Source: Octopus vulgaris
Taxonomy: Eukaryota
Assembly: GCA_951406725.2 (NCBI GenBank)
Contig: OX597818.1
Coordinates: 101,928,001 to 101,992,000 of the forward strand
Reading direction: 5' to 3'
DNA length: 64,000 nt
Within the stretch, counting starts at the first letter, position 1. Every line of letters begins with the position of its first letter. Shown here one piece after another: positions 1 through 11,274 of this stretch. Position numbers and translations under genes: made by a program. Below the pieces are notes generated by a model. It had not been told where the DNA came from. It worked only from the letters and a program-made list of their open reading frames with translations, and ran no database searches.

Positions 1-24
1 GTATTAAAACTTAATATTTATATA

Positions 25-84
<60 letters not shown>

Positions 85-424
85 AGATAAAAATTCCCCA
101 AAACAGAAAAATAGCTTTTAGCCAACACATAGATACTTGCGCCAACAAAAAAACACCAAACTTCAGAATTTTCCCCCTCTACCAATTTAGGGACGATACA
201 ACCTCGAGACAAAGAATAAGTAAAGAAAATCTCTTTATTACAAAATACAAGCCACTTCTTAACGGGTCTACGACAAACAATTAATATACCTCAACTTTAG
301 AATAACAGGAAAAAAAAAAAAAAAAAAAAAAATATATATATACACACACAAATACTACACTCCATAGAATCCATTACTAATCAGCCCCTTCATAGCTATA
401 TTTACACCCATTCATATTCTCCCT

Positions 425-665
425 TCTCTGTTTTTTCTTCTTCTTCTTCTTCATCATCATCGTTATCATCATCATCGGCGTCATCATCATCGCCACCATC
501 ATCACCACCATCTTCTCCTTCTCCTCCTTCTTCTTCTTCTTCTTCTTCATCATCATCGTTATCATCATCATCGTCGTCATAATCATCACCACCATCACCA
601 TCATCTTCTCCTTCTCCTTCTCCTTCTCCTTCTTCTTCTTCTTCTTCTTCTTCTTCTTCTTCTCC
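425..665. repeat. (TTC)n/(ATC)n low-complexity block inside the pLTR (second copy ~4850-5075)
   Basis: Internally duplicated trinucleotide runs; source of the spurious poly-K/M ORFs. Confidence 0.9.
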
Positions 666-1012
666 ACCCCCTACCCCTTAAGTTTGTCACTAATGTTTTT
701 TAGTATAACACCTACGCTAATTCTATAAACAAGCCTGTCGATATAAATATTCTCCTGAATTGAACTGAGACTGCCAGCCGCCACTGACCATTCAAAATAC
801 GACCATCAGGGCACTCCCAGATTCTCCCACCCCCTTTCCTCACCAGCCTTCCCTCTACTACCCTACCAAGAACTCACAACTACCTCGAACACACAAGTGC
901 AAACAAGGGAGTCAGAGAAAGGCAGAATGCCACTTAAATCTGAACACTACTATAGAAATATTGTTTTAAAAAAACTTTTCTTCTAATTTTTCTAAATTTA
1001 ATTATTTAATCG

Positions 1013-1056
1013 TTACAGTTGAAAAGGTCTCAAAATGACCGAAACCGGTACTGAAA
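1013..1056 (+). ncRNA. Minimal type I hammerhead ribozyme, U3-A8 variant (upstream pLTR)
   Basis: ttaCAG-UUGAAAA-GGUC(ucaaaau)GACC-GAAA-C(cg)G-UA/CUGaaa. Stem I CAG/CUG, stem II GGUC/GACC, palindromic stem III ACCGGU. Predicted cleavage after A1050. Confidence 0.8.
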
Positions 1057-1173
1057 TGTTCACTATAAAATTATTTTAGCATTTTCTATTTTTTACTTGT
1101 TTTTTCATATATATCAACTCGTGTGTTCCTTTTCACCCTTATACATATCATTAACCCACACGAGATACAGAAA

Positions 1174-2409
1174 ATGCCGACAAAAACAGACACAATCACC
1201 TCCATAAACGAAGAAATACTGAAAGAACTCAAGAAAATCAACACAAATTTGTCAACTTTTTTGAACAAATTCGACTCGACACTTCAACCCAATCGAGAGA
1301 ACAATGAAGAAACAGATACGAAAAATACAACCTCCGAAATTGTCGAAAACCTTGGAAACTTATGCGAAACAATTAGAACATTTTTCTCTAACAACGCTAA
1401 CCAAGGACCTCCAAACGCGTCAATATATGGGATCAATACTCTAACAACATACCAAATGAAACACCACATAATACCACAATGGAACAAATCACTCAGAGAT
1501 AGAAAGTTCGCCTTTTGGAAGATGATCCAAAACAACAACAAAGCGGATATATACGAAAAATGGCTCAACCGGACCCCGTTAATCCTCCCACGTAAATTCC
1601 AGTTCAAAGCTATTACAGAAGAACCTGAAACACAAAGACACCTCAGGGAGAGAATGGCACTGGAAAAAATGAAAATGGAAATAGAACTTCTGAAATTGAG
1701 GGCCCAAACGAATGAGGATAAAATAAAATCCACCGATGAAGATATCAACGAAGAAATTCGCAAAATGACCCAAGGCCCAGATCAAGAGAAGTTCTCCAAA
1801 CTATGGAAAGAGGACTGTGAAAAAGAAGAACTAAAATCTCTCCAACGCTGGGAGAAAAGCGCCACTTGGTTCTCAGACTATGAAGCCGTCTTTCAAACAG
1901 AGCACGCCTCCAACAACCCTTTCCAGAAAATAAGAAAACCAAAACAACACCCAAACACCGATACACACCTGTCTAAAAATCGGAACCTTCACTACTATCA
2001 AAAAAAGAATACAGGACCTAACCCCAACTCTGTAAGCAGCCAGCGATACAATATCAGGAATACCCCCACTTCAAGCAGAGAAAGGATAAATCAACACCCA
2101 CAGCATAGACACTACAACCTCATCCCCACCCAAAGGAGTTACCAACGAAATCTTCGTCCCATTAACCGGTTAAACAACCATGCACAACAAACCCACACCA
2201 CTTGCAATGATTACCAACGAAGGCCTCCTAGAACACCACACCCGAATATGGGATATCGGGATGCTCTCCTCAATACTGCTCCAAGAACACACACCACAAA
2301 TCACAACAGGAGACCCCTAATCAACAAAGAACAACTATATACTAGCTACCGTCCCAACCACCGCATTCATTTTTTAGACCCAATACGCAAACACAGAGAC
2401 ACAAGATAG
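1174..2409 (+). CDS. PLE ORF1: coiled-coil protein with basic, disordered C-terminal region (411 aa from ATG 1174)
   Basis: Long uninterrupted non-repetitive ORF inside the element. Heptad-like segment ETQRHLRERMALEKMKMEIELLKLRAQTNEDKIKSTDEDINEEIRK and an R/N/H/P/T-rich tail. No family recognised. Confidence 0.8.
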   Translation: MPTKTDTITSINEEILKELKKINTNLSTFLNKFDSTLQPNRENNEETDTKNTTSEIVENLGNLCETIRTFFSNNANQGPPNASIYGINTLTTYQMKHHIIPQWNKSLRDRKFAFWKMIQNNNKADIYEKWLNRTPLILPRKFQFKAITEEPETQRHLRERMALEKMKMEIELLKLRAQTNEDKIKSTDEDINEEIRKMTQGPDQEKFSKLWKEDCEKEELKSLQRWEKSATWFSDYEAVFQTEHASNNPFQKIRKPKQHPNTDTHLSKNRNLHYYQKKNTGPNPNSVSSQRYNIRNTPTSSRERINQHPQHRHYNLIPTQRSYQRNLRPINRLNNHAQQTHTTCNDYQRRPPRTPHPNMGYRDALLNTAPRTHTTNHNRRPLINKEQLYTSYRPNHRIHFLDPIRKHRDTR

Positions 2410-4700
2410 CACCAAACAAGCAGGAGGAACCAAAAGTAATAAAAATTATTAATCTAACTCACAAGGAACTAACAGCAAACCAAATAAACATACTTTCCAA
2501 AGGACTCAAGTTTACACCCACCCCACAACACCCCAACTACAATGAAATGAAAGAAGACATCGCAGAATTCTGCAGAAAATTAAGACTTACTGAGGAGCTA
2601 TACGATAAATACAACGAGGACGAATCGTTAGCCAGAAATAGGAGTAACTACACCCCCTCGAAAGGTAAGAATAAAACACTTGATGATTTCTGTGACCACA
2701 TATCAAATTACCCATATCAACATATGCACAAACAAAAACACAAACCAAACTTCAGCAAAAAAGAATGGGCTGAGTTGAACAAATTAAAACTAGATAAAAC
2801 AATAACAATCAAAGAGGCCGATAAAGGGAGTGCTGTTGTCTTAATGGATACGACATTTTACATAACTTTGGTACTTTCTATGCTGGAAGACACAACATAC
2901 TATGAAAAGGCACAAAACTACAGTCAACAAAAAATAATGAGGGAACTAAAATCCATATTAAACCCATACAAAGCAGGGCTCACCGACAAAGAATATGATT
3001 ATATGACCAATTTCACAAGTAAAACTAGCCAATTCTACGGTATACCTAAGATCCACAAAAGTGAAAAAATAAGCAACGCATGCAAGATAGCTACAGACAA
3101 AATAATTAAAGTCCCTAATCCTAATGACCTCAAATTGAGACCCATAATAGCAGGTCCCGCATGCGAAACCCACCGCCTCAGTAACTTTTTAGACACCCTG
3201 TTAAAACCACTCCTCAAACATGTCAAAAGCTATATAAGGGACGACTTAGATATGCTCAATCACCTACCGAATACTATAAACAAAAACACCATACTGGTAT
3301 CCTTCGATGTAGTCAACCTCTACTCCAATATCCCCCACAACCTAAGACTAGAGGCAATCCAATTCTGGCTAGAGAATCACGCCAACGAACTACCACACCG
3401 CATCAAAAAAGAATTTGTGATAGAAGGGGTTAAATTCATCCTGGAAAATAACTTCTTCGCCTTCAATGACAACTTCTACCGACAAAAATCGGGGACTGCG
3501 ATGGGTACACGAATGGCCCCCTCCTTTGCCAACCTAGTCATAGGATACCTAGAGATCAGTCTGTATCGTAAGGTTCTAGAAAGATATGGCAGCCCTTTCT
3601 CCATCTACATAGAAAACAACTGGAAGAGATATCTAGATGACTGTTTCATCCTTTGGCATAAAAATATAGAAAAACTCATAGAATTCCAGAAAATTTTAAA
3701 CGGACTGGACGTAAACATCCAATTCACGATGGAATATAGCCAACAACAACTCCCCTTCCTCGATATCCTCATTAAGAAAGCTAATAATATAATAGAAACA
3801 GACATATACTATAAGCCTACAGACTCTAAGCAATATCTTCCATTCAATTCATGCCACCCCAGACACACCAGGATGAATATCCCCTTCAATCTAGCAAAAA
3901 GGATATGCACTATAGTCTCTAACGCAAACACCAGAGACACACGACTACAAGAACTAAAAGATACCCTAATCACCAGGAACTATCCACCTTCACTTATTGA
4001 CAAGTGCATTCAACGTGCCCTTCAACTTAACATCAAGGAACTGAGACATCCCAAATCAAAGAAAAACTTACAACCAAAAGCCTTACCATACATCTCCACA
4101 CACAACCCTCTCAATAACGAAGCCTTCGACACCATCCACCACAACATACCCCTCCTAAAAAAAGACCACAGAATGAACACAATCCTCCAAACACACACGA
4201 TCATAAAAAGCAAAAGACAGCCTAGATCCATGAAAAGTCTCCTTACACAAGCCCGAATTCACTCTTCAACACAGAAGCCGACAGTAAAAAAATGTGGAAG
4301 ACCCAATTGCGGGATATGCGACTATCTAATCGAGGGTTCTGAGTTCTCCTTCAAACAGGGACAACGGTTTACAGTGAAAAGCAACTTCACATGTGCTTCG
4401 GAGAACCTAATATACTCACTAACCTGCTCCGGGTGTCAAGAGCAGTACATAGGCCAAACAAAAAATGGTTTGCGTAAACGAATGGCCCTGCACAGATCCC
4501 AGATAAAAATTCCCCAAAACAGAAAAATAGCTTTTAGCCAACACATAGATACTTGCGCCAACAAAAAAACACCAAACTTCAGAATTTTCCCCCTCTACCA
4601 ATTTAGGGACGATACAACCTCGAGACAAAGAATAAGTAAAGAAAATCTCTTTATTACAAAATACAAGCCACTTCTTAACGGGTCTACGACAAACAATTAA
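2346..4700 (+). CDS. PLE reverse transcriptase - Zn-finger linker - GIY-YIG endonuclease (frame open from 2346; first ATG at 2547)
   Basis: IINLTHKELT..ILSKGLKFTPTP upstream of Met2547; IKEADKG, FYGIPKIHK, LRPII, SFDVVNLYSNIP, GTAMG, RYLDD, LPFLD, DIYYKPT, SCHP; CGRPNCGIC linker; LIYSLTCSGCQEQYIGQT endonuclease motif. Confidence 0.96.
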   Translation, partial: LPSQPPHSFFRPNTQTQRHKIAPNKQEEPKVIKIINLTHKELTANQINILSKGLKFTPTPQHPNYNEMKEDIAEFCRKLRLTEELYDKYNEDESLARNRSNYTPSKGKNKTLDDFCDHISNYPYQHMHKQKHKPNFSKKEWAELNKLKLDKTITIKEADKGSAVVLMDTTFYITLVLSMLEDTTYYEKAQNYSQQKIMRELKSILNPYKAGLTDKEYDYMTNFTSKTSQFYGIPKIHKSEKISNACKIATDKIIKVPNPNDLKLRPIIAGPACETHRLSNFLDTLLKPLLKHVKSYIRDDLDMLNHLPNTINKNTILVSFDVVNLYSNIPHNLRLEAIQFWLENHANELPHRIKKEFVIEGVKFILENNFFAFNDNFYRQKSGTAMGTRMAPSFANLVIGYLEISLYRKVLERYGSPFSIYIENNWKRYLDDCFILWHKNIEKLIEFQKILNGLDVNIQFTMEYSQQQLPFLDILIKKANNIIETDIYYKPTDSKQYLPFNSCHPRHTRMNIPFNLAKRICTIVSNANTRDTRLQELKDTLITRNYPPSLIDKCIQRALQLNIKELRHPKSKKNLQPKALPYISTHNPLNNEAFDTIHHNIPLLKKDHRMNTILQTHTIIKSKRQPRSMKSLLTQARIHSSTQKPTVKKCGRPNCGICDYLIEGSEFSFKQGQRFTVKSNFTCASENLIYSLTCSGCQEQYIGQTKNGLRKRMALHRSQIKIPQNRKIAFSQHIDTCANKKTPNFRIFPLYQFRDDTTSRQRISKENLFITKYKPLLNGSTTNN
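2370..2376 (+). promoter_or_regulatory. Candidate -1 ribosomal frameshift slippery heptamer U_UUU_UUA
   Basis: X_XXY_YYZ pattern in the ORF1 frame (caT TTT TTA), inside the 64-nt ORF1/ORF2 overlap (2346-2409). No obvious downstream stimulatory hairpin. Confidence 0.6.
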
Positions 4701-4730
4701 TATACCTCAACTTTAGAATAACAGGAAAAA

Positions 4731-4762
<32 letters not shown>

Positions 4763-5514
4763 CACACACAAATACTACACTCCATAGAATCCATTACTAA
4801 TCAGCCCCTTCATAGCTATATTTACACCCATTCATATTCTCCCTTCTCTGTTTTTTCTTCTTCTTCTTCTTCATCATCATCGTTATCATCATCATCGGCG
4901 TCATCATCATCGCCACCATCATCACCACCATCTTCTCCTTCTCCTCCTTCTTCTTCTTCTTCTTCTTCTTCATCATCATCGTTATCATCATCATCGTCGT
5001 CATAATCATCACCACCATCATCTTCTCCTTCTCCTTCTCCTTCTTCTTCTTCTTCTTCTTCTTCTTCTTCTTCTCCACCCCCTACCCCTTAAGTTTGTCA
5101 CTAATGTTTTTTAGTATAACACCTACGCTAATTCTATAAACAAGCCTGTCGATATAAATATTCTCCTGAATTGAACTGAGACTGCCAGCCGCCACTGACC
5201 ATTCAAAATACGACCATCAGGGCACTCCCAGATTCTCCCACCCCCCTTTCCTCACCAGCCTTCCCTCTACTACCCTACCAAGAACTCACAACTACCTCGA
5301 ACACACAAGTGCAAACAAGGGAGTCAGAGAAAGGCAGAATGCCACTTAAATCTGAACACTACTATAGAAATATTGTTTTAAAAAAACTTTTCTTCTAATT
5401 TTTCTAAATTTAATTATTTAATCGTTACAGTTGAAAAGGTCTCAAAATGACCGAAACCGGTACTGAAATGTTCACTATAAAATTATTTTAGCATTTTCTA
5501 TTTTTTACTTGTTT

Positions 5515-5526
<12 letters not shown>
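4497..5526 (+). repeat. Downstream pseudo-LTR
   Basis: Direct repeat of 81-1114 (offset 4416 at the start, 4412 at the end). Merges into (TA)n. Confidence 0.95.
5425..5468 (+). ncRNA. Minimal type I hammerhead ribozyme, U3-A8 variant (downstream pLTR)
   Basis: Identical to 1013-1056. Predicted cleavage after A5462. Confidence 0.8.
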
Positions 5527-5553
<27 letters not shown>

Positions 5554-5631
5554 TATATACATATATATATACATATATATACATATATATATAAATACAT
5601 ACATACATACATAGCCAGACGCCATGATAGA

Positions 5632-5806
5632 TCGTTTGCCACTACACACATGTGTTTTCTCTCCTTGTTTTCTGTGTCCCTTTCTGTAGAAGAGCGTAGG
5701 CACGAAACGCAAAAGCCTTTTTCTATTCCTGAGCGTTCTAGTAATACATCTGTTTGTTTTGTACACCACATGTCTTCGTCTTTTGCTCTTTTCGTAAACT
5801 CACCCT
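5632..5806 (+). mobile_element. Short non-coding element with HHR-like motif (CUGU[AG]GAA family)
   Basis: cttt-CTGTAGAA-gagc(gtag)gcac-GAAA-cg-ca-aaag at 5680-5715. Homologous to the minus-strand copy at 27038-27182. TA-flanked. Confidence 0.6.
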
Positions 5807-5880
5807 ATATATATATGTAAAATATGGTATAATTATAAACAGGGCAAATTACTCCGCAGACTTAAAAGAAGGGATGAACA

Positions 5881-5923
5881 ACTTTAATTGATTTTCGAAC
5901 CTTATGGGTTTTTCATCAGAGGT
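5881..5923 (-). ncRNA. Degenerate minimal hammerhead motif
   Basis: Reverse strand: acct-CTGATGA-a-aaacc(cataa)ggttc-GAAA-atcaat-TA-aagt. One mismatch each in stems I and II. Confidence 0.5.
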
Positions 5924-6139
5924 GTACACAACATTCTGACTGTCTCCAGAGAAACAAGCAGGTTTTCTATTTAAATACGCAGTAAATGCAGCAGTTGCTA
6001 TTTGAAGTGTTCCTTAACTTGCATTAGGAATATGTTCAACACTCTATAAATACCAGCGGCCTGTCAACGGGGTTCTTAATCTACACACTATGAATGTATG
6101 ATATAATCTATATGTAACATATGATATATTCATTCACAC

Positions 6140-6470
<331 letters not shown>

Positions 6471-7852
6471 AGAATAAGGAGATATTCAGTGCGAATGCAA
6501 CAAATGTAGCGAGCGAAGAGTTTTTACATATTCACAAGTTTGTGTCTATTTGTGTAAGTGTATATATGTGTCTGTGTTTCTGCTTGAGTATATGCCAACG
6601 AACAAGTAGATGTTAATGGTGCATATATCTTTCAGATGGCTTGATTTATTTACATTAATAATATATATTTTATTGAGAACTCTATTTTATATAACATGTC
6701 ATTTTAGATTGAAACTCTTCAAATAATAGTGTAAAACGATTTCAAGCTGCGCTTAGGTAAAATACCAAACTGATGAACTTAGTACTAATGGTATCTGAGA
6801 TCAATGACTCGTGTATGTGTGGTTACGTGAGTGTGTCTGTGATTACGAAGATAAGTATACATATAAATACTACGTGTGTATAAAAATGTGCGTGTGTGCG
6901 TATATATATATATATGTGTGTGTATAGAGTCGAATATAGATAGATGTAAATGAGGTATATGTGCACATATATTATATATACATAATGAATGTGGATGTGT
7001 GTTTCTGAATATATGATTTTGTTTATCTATGCAAATAGGTTCATACATGGCTTTATTTTGATTTTACGTTATCATTTATCTGAGAAAACTTGCGATGGTA
7101 TATATAAAATATATGTTATCATCCCTCACTCTTACATATCACAGCATTAACAAATTTTACTGGTTACTTGGAGCACAGGATAAGTTGAGGCTTATGCAAT
7201 GGAAATAATATCCTCGAATTACAGATATTTTAAGAGGTCATTCATATAATGATATTACTTGTAATTTACAGGTGGCGACAGTGTAGCTTGACAAGTAATA
7301 ATGATTGGATATAGGAGGTGACATATTACATGATTTGAAAGCCATAAGTGAACATTTTACTAACACAGCTTCACTTTTACCGTAACATTGAATTACTTTG
7401 ATGAAGCTAGATTTAGTCTTAGTAGAACTAAGAAGAGAGTTTAAAGCAGGACAAGTTCTAATTTATCAATTCTTTTTTATGTCTTACACATAGAAACATG
7501 TATGTAATTATCCGCTATATATTCTGCCAATTATAATGCTTCATTCTGAAGAAAATTAATGTATCATGAACCCTCTTTCTCAGTGATGAGGCACCAATTT
7601 TAATTAAATTGAAATAAGACTCGGAACTAAAAGAATTCATTTTCTTCTGTTCATTTCAGTCTCTTACCGTGTAGTCTCACCAGACATCGGTTTTCTAGCG
7701 TATAGTGTATTTGAATGCGGACTATAGCCATGGTTGTTTGGCATATAGAGGGTTTGATAGTATTTATTTTACAACATAAACTAAACACCAAGTAAATACA
7801 TATGAAATTAATTTTAAGTATCCCGCATTTCAATAATTATTGGCTAAATTAT

Positions 7853-7979
<127 letters not shown>

Positions 7980-8829
7980 ATATATGTATGTATATATGCG
8001 TGTATGTGTGTATTTAACTTTATATGTGTGTGTGCGTGTATGATAGATATCGTTAAATTATAGTTAGGTTATAATTTTAGTCAAAGCTATACCACTCTAC
8101 ACACTTCGGCATATATTTTGCCGTCATGTATTCTATTAATGAATTTTAAATACAATTTGATAACGTGATAACGCCGCCTAGCAGCTTTTCTCATATTGTA
8201 CAAGATCAGACAGTGTTCAGACGGGATAGCATAATTGATTTATTCTAATTACATTGTGTTGAACTTGTCCCCACTGCATCTTTTTCATTTTGATTAAAAG
8301 CTTGCATGAAGATAGCTTTAAATATTAACGCTGTGATTTTAATTTACATGCCTTTTTTCTCTCTTATTAGCAGCTGATTCTCTTTTAAGATTTCATTGAA
8401 CAGGTTTCCCTAAGTAAATGTTCTCACTTGTTATTCTATGTTATTAAATCCCTCGACTGCCCTTCTCGAAAGTCTTTAATTACTGTAATATCTCAAAGAA
8501 ACGGTTAGATCATGCTTGTGTGAAAAGAATCTAAACAGACCAGCCAGTGTGAAACGCATTAGAGGAAACCTATATAATTACATCCCCTTGCTAATTTATT
8601 TTTTTTAATTAATTAAAATTGAATATCTAGGCTTGCTCTGCAGAGATTTCTTTTTATCAGATTTTTATATCTAAATTCTGCTCAGCTCTAAAGAAATATG
8701 TATCATTAACCAACGGCCATGCATTGGTTTTCTACATCAATTATCTCACACAAATTTTGGGATGAAATAAACATGAAAGTGCCTAATATATTTTTCTAGA
8801 GATTTGCATGTCATTTAAATTTTATTTTT

Positions 8830-9025
8830 TACTAGTTCAAAACACTGGACTGCGGCCATGCTGAAGCACCGCTTTCACAGGTTTAGCGGAGATCGACGAC
8901 GGAAAGTACTTATTGTAATAATCTTGGTAGATATTTTATCGGGTTCTTATATCGAACCATCTTGTTAAAGGGATATAAACAAACCAACGGTGATTATCGA
9001 ACGGTGGTAGAGTACATACACAGCA
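8830..9025 (-). mobile_element. SINE family B, 3' half, decayed
   Basis: Reverse complement matches the gcggtgctccagcatggcc..cagtc tail of 31340-31550. Confidence 0.65.
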
Positions 9026-9394
9026 TATACACATAGACATATACATACGCACATATATACATTTATACACACACACGCACACACTCACGTACAAAAACAC
9101 ACACATACATATATGCGTAGGCGCCCACACACACAAACACAAATACACGTGGTTTGGAAATCAAGAAAATGATAACGAGATGAAAGAGCAAAAAAGAGAT
9201 TCAATTAGGATGGTGATTAGGAAATATGGAAGAAATTTTTAACGTTTCGAACTTTCCACAATAGAAAGAATACAATAGGCGCGAGAATCTGCGTCTGGGG
9301 TAAACGGTTAACAATGCTAAAATCAACGGAGAAGCTAGCTTGAGGTGTGAACGCACATACACGATTCTTTTAACATCTATATTCAACCGATGCA

Positions 9395-9790
9395 TTCCTA
9401 AGGATATTGCTCAGCCCGTGGCTATACGAAAGGAACATGTCTAAGGCAGCACACACTGGGAATGAATTCGTGAACGAGCGGTTGAGAAGCAAGCTTATTA
9501 CAACACAGGGTGAAGACCCCTTTGGATCATAAAAGACGATGGGATTGCACCTAGAAAGTTCTCCTACAAGGCACAAGTCCGGACAAGGTTGTTTACAGAA
9601 AACCAGCAGTTGACCAGGAATGAGGTAATGGCTGATACAGCTTGGCACCAGTCACATCGCAACTCATTTCTAAAGCTGAGCGAACTGCAGCAACTTGAAA
9701 TAAAATGTATTCTTCAAGAACTCAAAAAGAACCTTGTACGGGAACCGAACTCACTACCTCATGATCGATTATGAGCCCGGCGTTCTAACA
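9395..9790 (-). mobile_element. SINE family C-related copy, decayed
   Basis: Shares catgggattgcacctagaaagtt..aggcacaagtccgg.caaggttgtttat.gaagaccagcagt with the reverse complement of 57340-57420, and has a tRNA-like head near 9745-9790. Confidence 0.65.
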
Positions 9791-10213
9791 ACATACCTAG
9801 CGAAAATATCTATGCCCTGTATATGGAAACGATTTGGGGTAACTTTGGTACACCTGTCAGTGATCTTTTTCCTATATATCAGTTCGTCGCATTGGTTATT
9901 TCCGTATAGGAATTAAAATAGGCCAAATTTTGATTACATCTGAAATCCATTGAACATTCAGAATTGCTTCTTCACAATATTAATGACGTCAGTGCGGTTC
10001 ATATTGTGATTTTGTATTAATGTAGATATCAAAAGAGTTAATTCTAATTAATGTTACTTCACTAAGTTGGAGACGTGTAATTTAACGTGACAAATCGCTG
10101 TCATCAAACCGAGTAACGACAAAATGTACGTACATGCCAGTATGCCAGTATGTATACATAAATCAAAGTATATTTATTTTTATGTGCTTATATATACATT
10201 CTGTATATGAATA

Positions 10214-10256
<43 letters not shown>

Positions 10257-10829
10257 AAACACGCACACACACACAGACACACACATACACACATACACAC
10301 ACACACACACACACATACACACATACACGCACACACACACACACATATATATACCTATGTGTGTATACGTGTAATTTTATGCTCATGTAAACCCTTATTT
10401 TCTTACACCATACATACATTTAATTATCAACATACATGTTTAATTATTTATGTTCATGTATGTTGTAGGATTGACGGTTGTAACTCATACAGACATCATA
10501 CAGTTCTATATTTAAGAGATGAGGAATTATGTACACAATTTACATTTGACAGATATTTGTCCTCATTTCGGCTGATATACATCACATCATTTATATGCAT
10601 TTGAAAGTCGGTAGAAACATTCGAAATTGCAGTTAGGCGTAAGTGGAACATCAAAGTAAATGTATGCGTATTTAAAAACATTATATTAAGTAAATGTTTT
10701 ATTTGAAAAGACGTGAATTTAAAAGATTTTATTTATATATGTTTGAAGGAATATGTAGACTTTATCGGTATATGAACAGTTGAATACAATAGTCGATTGA
10801 TTTTTTAGAAAATACTTTTAGTGAAAGTG

Positions 10830-11260
10830 GTGTACCAGCTACATCGTTAGCCGGGCCGTGAAATGCTAAGGGTTATTCCATCCATATCTTTTAATTTAAG
10901 CGTTCAAATTTTGCCGAGGTCAACTTTGAATTTCATCTTTCAGGGACGACAAATTTAGTACCTGTAAGTCGATTACATCAGCACTAGTGTCGATGTAGTC
11001 GGCTCACACACTCTAATAAAACTGCTGGTCTAATCTCTAAATTTGAAAGTGTTATTGTAAAAGGGTGGTAAACTGGTAGAAACGTTAGTATGTCGGAAAA
11101 GATGTTTAGCAGTAATTCTTCGGACACTTTCTGTTCAGAGTTTTAATTCCGGCAAGGTCGAACTTAATTTTCATCCTACTGTCATTCACATGATAAGTAC
11201 TAGTTGAGCAATTAGGGTCGATATAATCGAGTAGCCCCGCTCATCTCCAACACTATCAGG
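10830..11260 (+). mobile_element. Two old degenerate SINE family A copies
   Basis: Remnants of gttcaaat...gccgaggtcaacttt..tttcatc and aagtac.ag...ggggtcgat.taatcga. Confidence 0.6.
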
Positions 11261-11274
11261 CTCTGTGACAATAT

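Larger units (their letters stand above)
81..1114 (+). repeat. Upstream pseudo-LTR (5'-truncated tandem copy of the element's 3' end)
   Basis: Starts TCCCAGATAAAAATTCCCC, identical to 4497 onward. By eye it differs from the downstream copy only in lengths of poly-A, TA, TTC/ATC and poly-C runs. Confidence 0.95.
81..5526 (+). mobile_element. Penelope-like retroelement (endonuclease-containing, Neptune-like), near-intact, inserted in a (TA)n microsatellite
   Basis: RT plus C-terminal GIY-YIG ORF. The upstream direct repeat duplicates the element's 3' end including the ORF C-terminus (81-1114 matches 4497-5526), the typical PLE partial-tandem layout. (TA)n flanks both sides (26-80 and from 5519). 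Confidence 0.95.

Noticed and set aside
377-667. Minus-strand poly-K/poly-M ORF (also 4797-5078)
   Set aside because: Translation of (TTC)n/(ATC)n repeats. Repeat lengths differ between the copies and the start is non-ATG.
1284-4628. Several antisense ORFs over the PLE
   Set aside because: Shadows of the sense ORFs with no recognisable motifs.
7651-7833. Minus ORF resembling a signal peptide and ending at a gtaaga donor
   Set aside because: Starts at TTG beside a TA tract; no acceptor or homology; expected by chance.
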